From Candidatus Lokiarchaeum ossiferum (GTDB lineage Archaea > Asgardarchaeota > Lokiarchaeia > Sigyniarchaeales > Promethearchaeaceae), in contig CP104013.1 of the NCBI GenBank assembly GCA_025839675.1, forward strand, positions 5,160,001 to 5,192,000: a DNA stretch of 32,000 bases, given 5' to 3'. A program made the translations under genes and the position numbers. The notes beneath the pieces are model-generated. The model ran no database searches and was not told the origin of the DNA. It was given only the letters and a program-made list of their open reading frames with translations. This document shows positions 25,082 through 32,000 of the stretch, piece by piece (the first letter of the stretch is position 1; every line of letters starts with the position of its first letter).

Positions 25082-26323
25082 TTAGGGAAAGATTCCTCTT
25101 AATGACTCTGCTTCATAAATACGTTTTACAGCAATACGATAAGCAGCATCTCTCAAAGAAATTTCTTCTCGAATTTGAAGATCATATACTTGATGAAAAA
25201 CTGCCACAATAATCTTCCTTAGTTGCATTTTTACATCATCCATTGACCAAAGAATTTGCTGGAATCCTTGCACCCATTCAAAATAACTTACGATTACACC
25301 GCCTGCATTGGCTAAAATATCGGGAATGACCATGATATTTCGATCCCATAAGATTTTCTCTGCTGCCGAGGTAATTGCGGCATTTGCACCTTCTATAATT
25401 CGACGGCACCTTAATTGATTAACATTATGTTTAGTGATTTGGCTATGAGTTGCGCATGGAATTAAAACATCGCATTCCAGTTCAAATAAGGATGTATTTG
25501 TTATCATCCTTGCATTTGGATAATTAATTAAACTTCCTGTTTCTGCTTTAAAATCAATTACTTCTATTATATTAAGTCCATCGGGGTTGTAAATTCCTGT
25601 TGAACTGTCCGAAATTGCAATTATTTTTGCCCCCATATCTTGAGCTGCAATCGCGAAATTTCGTCCAACATTCCCAATTCCTTGTATCACAACTGTTTGT
25701 CCTGAGATCTCTTGAAACTCTTTTCTATATAATTCATGTAATAAATATCCTAATCCCCATCCTACCGCTTCCTCACGGCCGATAATGCCTCCTATATCTA
25801 CTGGCTTACCTGTACAAATCCGATGGGTCGTTTCCCCGACTCCCATGGAATAAGTGTCCATGATATAGCCCATAATTTTTTTATCGGTATTTAAATCAGG
25901 ACCTGGAATATCGATTTCAGGACCAATAACGTTGATTATTGAAGCTGTAAATCTTCGGACCATTCGTTCTAATTCTTTATTGGAGTATTTAGTTGGATCT
26001 GCTACAATTGCCCCATTTGATCCTCCTAGAGGAACACCAATTAAGGCACATTTCCATGTCATTAACATTGCCAAGGCGCGAGTCTCATCTAAAGTTGCAT
26101 ACTGGGAGATAATTTGCCCTCCTTTTGCAGGACCTAAAGCATTGGAATGTCGCACACGGAAACCTTGCAACATTTCTAATTTTCCCGAATCTTTTATTAC
26201 TGGAAAATTTACGATTACATTTTGTTCTGGAGTGGCTAAAAATTTACTATAGCCTTCATCTATCCCCAAATTTGCGCAAGTTTTTTGCAATTTTCTTATT
26301 GTGTCTTCTAATAATGAACCCAT
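25082..26323 (-). CDS. Glu/Leu/Phe/Val dehydrogenase-family protein, divergent paralogue lacking the catalytic lysine
   Basis: 413 aa, alignable over its whole length with the 27064-28338 GDH. The Rossmann motif VVIQGIGNVGRNFA is intact. The active-site motif reads VPLGGSNGAIVADP instead of [LIV]-x2-G-G-[SAG]-K-x-G..., and KGGIR is replaced by KGGQI. The Asn codon is at 26015-26017. Confidence 0.85.
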   Translation of the reverse strand: MGSLLEDTIRKLQKTCANLGIDEGYSKFLATPEQNVIVNFPVIKDSGKLEMLQGFRVRHSNALGPAKGGQIISQYATLDETRALAMLMTWKCALIGVPLGGSNGAIVADPTKYSNKELERMVRRFTASIINVIGPEIDIPGPDLNTDKKIMGYIMDTYSMGVGETTHRICTGKPVDIGGIIGREEAVGWGLGYLLHELYRKEFQEISGQTVVIQGIGNVGRNFAIAAQDMGAKIIAISDSSTGIYNPDGLNIIEVIDFKAETGSLINYPNARMITNTSLFELECDVLIPCATHSQITKHNVNQLRCRRIIEGANAAITSAAEKILWDRNIMVIPDILANAGGVIVSYFEWVQGFQQILWSMDDVKMQLRKIIVAVFHQVYDLQIREEISLRDAAYRIAVKRIYEAESLRGIFP

Positions 26324-26671
26324 TTTTTATCCTCAAATGTTGAAAATGCTTGTTTTGATCGATATGATCTTAATTCACATAATTTGAACGTTTCTTGCTT
26401 AGATTTATACTTCGTTAGATTAAAAATATGTGATTCTTGATCCCACATCAAGCCCACCACATCCCCACAAAATTCCCACGTTTAGTTTTAATTATTAAGT
26501 ATCTTAATCAAAATTCCAGTAATGTATCCATTCACTAAAAATAACCAAGGTAGGATCAATTTGTCATAATTAAAACTATCGTTTCCATTTGGTTAATTAA
26601 AACATTGGTAAAAATCAAAGATCAATAAAACAGAGACAAAAAAAAAGATAGTAGGAAGCTGTTCTTAACTT

Positions 26672-26830
26672 TTAGTCGCCATAACAGAACTTTGTGTTGA
26701 TTTCTGGATGATCATCCTTTAAGAGCTTCATTTTTTCTAATATATTTAATCCTTCTTGAGTATCACTAGTCTTTAACCAGCGTTGGCGTAAATTATTGTA
26801 CTCATCTTGAACGAATTTGTTTTTTTCCAT
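26672..26830 (-). CDS. Possible small ORF (52 aa) in the spacer between two GDH paralogues
   Basis: My translation: MEKNKFVQDEYNNLRQRWLKTSDTQEGLNILEKMKLLKDDHPEINTKFCYGD-stop. Below the track cut-off, no family recognised, and it could be spurious. Confidence 0.3.
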   Translation of the reverse strand: MEKNKFVQDEYNNLRQRWLKTSDTQEGLNILEKMKLLKDDHPEINTKFCYGD

Positions 26831-27063
26831 TTTTTATAACCTCGTAATAATCAATTCGGGTAGCGAGTATATCCCTATATTAAATTCTTCTCACTAATAT
26901 AAAAAAGCTGACATTTTTGTATCAACGAATCACATCATAAATCATAGAAACGCGACATGTAACTAAAATTCAGACTAAATGTCGAAACAAGATCATATAA
27001 TTTGAAAATTTTGTGAAAAAACTAAAAAAATGAATAAATAATATATTTTTTAGAATAATTTGA

Positions 27064-28338
27064 TTATGGATAGATCCCACGCATTTCAATTGCTTTAGCA
27101 ACTCTTTGCACTGCAATGAAGTAAGCGGCTAATCTGTATGAACATTTTTTTTCTTGTGCCAATTCGTGGACTCCATCAAATGCTCGGAGCATAATTTTAT
27201 CCAATTCTTTATTGACTTGATCTAAATCCCAGAATAAGGCCATTCTGTCTTGTACCCATTCAAAATAGGAACATGTTACTCCACCAGCATTAGCTAAAAT
27301 GTCTGGAACGACATCAATACCTCTGCTTTCTAAGATTTCATCGGCTTTTGGTGTGACTGGTCCATTTGCTCCTTCTACCAAACATTTAGCTTTGATACGG
27401 GGTGCATTTTCTTCGGTTACTTGATTTTCCAATGCACATGGGTTCATGAAAGTACATTCCAACTCTAATAATTCAGAATTTGAAATCTTTTGAGCTTTTG
27501 TATAACCTTCTAAAGTGCGATGTGCAGGATCAGAAATATATGCAAACATTTCATCAATATCTAAACCTTCTGGGTTATAATATGCTCCAGAAATATCGGA
27601 AGTGGCAATGATTTTATATCCAAAATCTTTCGCGGTTAAACAAGTATATTGACCAACGTTTCCGAACCCTTGAACTACAACAGTGCATTCTTCAGGTTTC
27701 ATGTTATGTCGTTTTGCATATTCGTGCATACAAAATGCGACTCCGTGTCCAGTTGCTTGAGTTCGACCTAAAGAACCACCAATTTCGACTGGTTTTCCGG
27801 TGCACACTCCGTGAACTACGTGACCTTTTTGCATAGAATAGGTATCCATCATCCAGCCCATTTCTCGTCCTCCAGTATTCATATCTGGGGCAGGAATATC
27901 TGTTTCTGGACCAATTACGTTAATAATATTTGCGGTAAAGCGTCGTGTCAAGCGCTCTAATTCACCAACAGACAATTTACGTGGATCCACTGTAACTCCT
28001 CCTTTGGCTCCTCCGTAAGGGATTCCAACACAAGCACACTTCCATGTCATCCATGTGGCTAATGCTTTCACTTCATCCATGTTGACTTCGGCAGCATATC
28101 GAATACCACCTTTTCCAGGTCCTCGTGCAGAGTTATGCAATACTCGAAATCCTTCAAAGATTTCTAAATGGCCGTCATCCATCTTGACAGGGATAGATAC
28201 TTGAACAATGCGCTGTGGATGAGATAAATAGTTGTAGATATCTTCGTTGATACCCATTGCGTCACACGCTATACGTAATTGCTTCAAAGCGTTTTTAAAC
28301 GGATTAGTTTCACCAGTCATGGTTTTGTCATTCCTCAA
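27064..28338 (-). CDS. gdh: Glutamate dehydrogenase (about 420-aa hexameric type)
   Basis: 424 aa. All hallmarks are present: GPGKGGIRY, MTWKCA, the active-site motif IPYGGAKGGVTVDP, PAPDMNT, VVVQGFGNVG and EGANGP...ILANAGGV. Confidence 0.9.
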   Translation of the reverse strand: MRNDKTMTGETNPFKNALKQLRIACDAMGINEDIYNYLSHPQRIVQVSIPVKMDDGHLEIFEGFRVLHNSARGPGKGGIRYAAEVNMDEVKALATWMTWKCACVGIPYGGAKGGVTVDPRKLSVGELERLTRRFTANIINVIGPETDIPAPDMNTGGREMGWMMDTYSMQKGHVVHGVCTGKPVEIGGSLGRTQATGHGVAFCMHEYAKRHNMKPEECTVVVQGFGNVGQYTCLTAKDFGYKIIATSDISGAYYNPEGLDIDEMFAYISDPAHRTLEGYTKAQKISNSELLELECTFMNPCALENQVTEENAPRIKAKCLVEGANGPVTPKADEILESRGIDVVPDILANAGGVTCSYFEWVQDRMALFWDLDQVNKELDKIMLRAFDGVHELAQEKKCSYRLAAYFIAVQRVAKAIEMRGIYP

Positions 28339-28367
28339 AATGATCGGTCCTAAAAAAGTCAGACTAT

Positions 28368-28399
28368 CGATCGAAATTCATCAATTATACGATCGAAAT
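28368..28399. promoter_or_regulatory. Direct repeat CGATCGAAAT x2 (plus a partial third copy) 30-60 nt upstream of gdh (27064-28338)
   Basis: CGATCGAAAT at 28368-28377 and 28390-28399, with AGATCGAGT at 28412-28420. The position is compatible with a promoter-proximal operator for the minus-strand gene. Confidence 0.3.
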
Positions 28400-29108
28400 C
28401 ACACAAATCTAAGATCGAGTTCAAGTGTAGAAATCTTAGAGGGTATTTAAATGACATGAAAATGAATAATAGAAGAAACGAAAAATGCTCTATATTAGGA
28501 AAATGGGTAATAAATCCCTTCCTTTTGGAACATCTTGGAAGTATTTTTTGTCCGTGAAGAGAAATGTTTGAAATGGGAAGGAAGGAATTTTTTCAAAGGG
28601 AAGATAACAAAAAGTGATCATCATTTTAATTCAAATGAAAAAAAACGATCAAAAAATGAAAAGGTAAAAAATAGTAGATATGTGTTAAAACTATTAAAAT
28701 GAATACGGATTTTAGATTTAAGATAAATTTTATCAGGATTAATGATAACCTTTTACCCATATTAGATTTTCCAATTTTCTTATATATTTAGAAGGGATAG
28801 TATTTGAACGCAAATGCAGAGCAGTAGTTATTTGAGAAAAGTAATCAAAATTATACTTATGAATCCAAAAAAAGTATCTAAATGATCAAATTTCAGGTCT
28901 TTTTTTTTGAAGAGGTTATCATTTTTTTTCATTGAAATCTATTAGATCCATACTAAAATCGACATTATTGGTTATGGCGCAAATCAATCATACATGAGTC
29001 TATTTTTTCGAATATTGGCAATTCTTTTTTTGACAATATTCATTATTGCCTAAAAAATGATCTAATGGTTACATTTTCACCCACTTTTTGCCCATTTCAA
29101 CGAAAAGA

Positions 29109-30541
<1,433 letters not shown>

Positions 30542-30703
30542 TATTCTGAACTTGATTTAAAATAGTTCAAATTTTTTTCTTTTCCTTAATAATATGATAT
30601 CCTTTGAAAAATCAAAGTAATTTTAGATCATTGTTGGTTTTTAACTGAGCAACTCTAAAATTTAAACATTAATTGATATTGAATCAAGAAAAAATGGAAA
30701 TTA

Positions 30704-32000
30704 TTATTCTTTCACTTTGCCTTTCAAATAGCAAACACCTTTTTGAGTCAAAGAATCCAAGGTAAGATGAATTTTTTGTCCTGTTTCCATCTTATCTGCA
30801 TCTATCACTTTAAGGGCATAGGACCAGTTCTCGTAATCAGGAAACAGTTGTTTCAAAATATTGGGGACTGTATGGAAAAAGGTGCGATTTAGTTTGAAAT
30901 CGCCCTTATCTGGATTCATGGCAAAGTAAATAATATTGTCTTCTACGATATTATTGAAGAAATGAGTTCCTAACGAAATATCGGGAACAAGGCCGTCATG
31001 CATTTCGGCAATTTCTCCCATCACAGTGACATTACTTATTTCTGAATAATTTACAGGAATTCCTAAACTTGGCGTGGTTGTTCCCCATCTACCAGGTCCT
31101 AGCAATAAAATTTTATGTCCCTTAGAATTTGACAACTCATTCAATTTTCCGATTAATCTTGCAATGGAGTACTTTTCACGGGTAGTCAATTTTCCATAAA
31201 TATTTGGGACTACGTAAATAACTCGATCTATTAAAATTGCCCGACTCGTTCCAATTATTGGCCCATTGGTTTCAAAGATTAATTTTTTTGCTTGGATATT
31301 TTCTGGCATTTTTATTTTGTGGATTTCTTTATGAACTTGAAAAGGACGACATTGGAGTAAATTTATGCGAAAATCCGATGGATTCATGAAATTGGCTGTG
31401 TACTCTATATCGACGGGGTTGACATAGACTTCTTGCAAACATTCCATTAAACGTTTCATTGTACTGATAAAATTTGTGTTTGAAATCACAGGATCAAAAG
31501 TGAGAATTCCGGTGAACACATCTTTTCTTCCTGCATTTTCCATCCTTTGTTCTAAACCCCTATCCGTGGTTGTGAAAAGTTCCAACGGTAATTCTTCAAT
31601 TTTCGGAGCCACTTTGTAGATGTGATTGTTGGAAAATTGGTTTTGTTTTAAGTCAATATAATCAAATTTATTTTGGGAATATTTTCGTATTTGTTCGACA
31701 TTCGAGGAGGTTCGTAAATCAGGGATATTTAAAGCGATTAATCTCGTATAATCATCATCCGTTCTATCTACTGCGCGGGTACCAAGTCCAAAAACCATTC
31801 GGAGAAATCCCGATTTGGGATCGATTTTCTTATTCCACACAAATGGATTGTATGAAAACCCCACCCCAGCGAGATGCGGGAAAAATATATCCTCATATTT
31901 CACACCTGAAACCCTCATGATTAAAAGAGCCATTTCTTCATCTTTGTCCAACAAACCTCGAGAACGACGATACTGCAAAGCATCACGATTAATGGTGCTA
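30704..32000 (-). CDS. PEP/pyruvate-binding-domain (pyruvate,water dikinase N-terminal-like) protein, C-terminal part; CDS continues beyond the right edge
   Basis: The track ORF begins at an internal Met (31978), but the frame stays open to 32000. The segment MRVSGVKYEDIFFPHLAGVGFSYNPFVW...FGLGTRAVDRTDDDYTRLIAL recalls the end of the ATP-grasp-like PPDK_N domain in large PEP/pyruvate-binding proteins. This is recognition from memory only. Confidence 0.5.
   Translation of the reverse strand, partial: STINRDALQYRRSRGLLDKDEEMALLIMRVSGVKYEDIFFPHLAGVGFSYNPFVWNKKIDPKSGFLRMVFGLGTRAVDRTDDDYTRLIALNIPDLRTSSNVEQIRKYSQNKFDYIDLKQNQFSNNHIYKVAPKIEELPLELFTTTDRGLEQRMENAGRKDVFTGILTFDPVISNTNFISTMKRLMECLQEVYVNPVDIEYTANFMNPSDFRINLLQCRPFQVHKEIHKIKMPENIQAKKLIFETNGPIIGTSRAILIDRVIYVVPNIYGKLTTREKYSIARLIGKLNELSNSKGHKILLLGPGRWGTTTPSLGIPVNYSEISNVTVMGEIAEMHDGLVPDISLGTHFFNNIVEDNIIYFAMNPDKGDFKLNRTFFHTVPNILKQLFPDYENWSYALKVIDADKMETGQKIHLTLDSLTQKGVCYLKGKVKE

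Overview
AT-rich archaeal chromosomal window. The archaeal call rests on an MCM helicase, an archaeal/eukaryal-type GlyRS, oligo-T tracts after genes and TATA-like boxes; I cannot assign a taxon from sequence alone. Left part (1-6.4 kb): 5' part of mcm (minus strand, runs off the window, absent from the ORF track), a HEAT-repeat protein, an AAA+ ATPase, a DJ-1/PfpI protein, a small protein ending in Gly-Gly, a membrane protein, and a divergent arsM / PadR-like pair with a palindrome-rich intergenic region. Centre (6.4-14.7 kb): a tRNA-Pro(GGG) gene whose last 15 nt recur exactly 8.2 kb downstream. This brackets an integrated element that carries a tyrosine integrase, a chain of overlap-coupled small genes (two zinc ribbons, one split by a frameshift in an A8 run), and a zinc-ribbon/helical protein. 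It also carries a minus-strand module made of duplicated small genes, a GC-enriched structured-RNA-like island and a tightly packed three-gene operon of unknown function. That minus-strand module is my best candidate for an undescribed (defence or maintenance) system, but I have no direct functional evidence for it. Right part (14.7-32 kb): two zinc-ribbon membrane proteins (one with about 6 tandem 2TM-type repeats), a 1431-aa double BcrAD/HgdC-type activase fusion, an MBL-fold hydrolase, a membrane protein, glyS, and three glutamate-dehydrogenase-family paralogues within 5.5 kb. One of the paralogues lacks the catalytic lysine. The window ends with a partial PEP/pyruvate-binding-domain protein. 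No CRISPR array or rRNA was seen.
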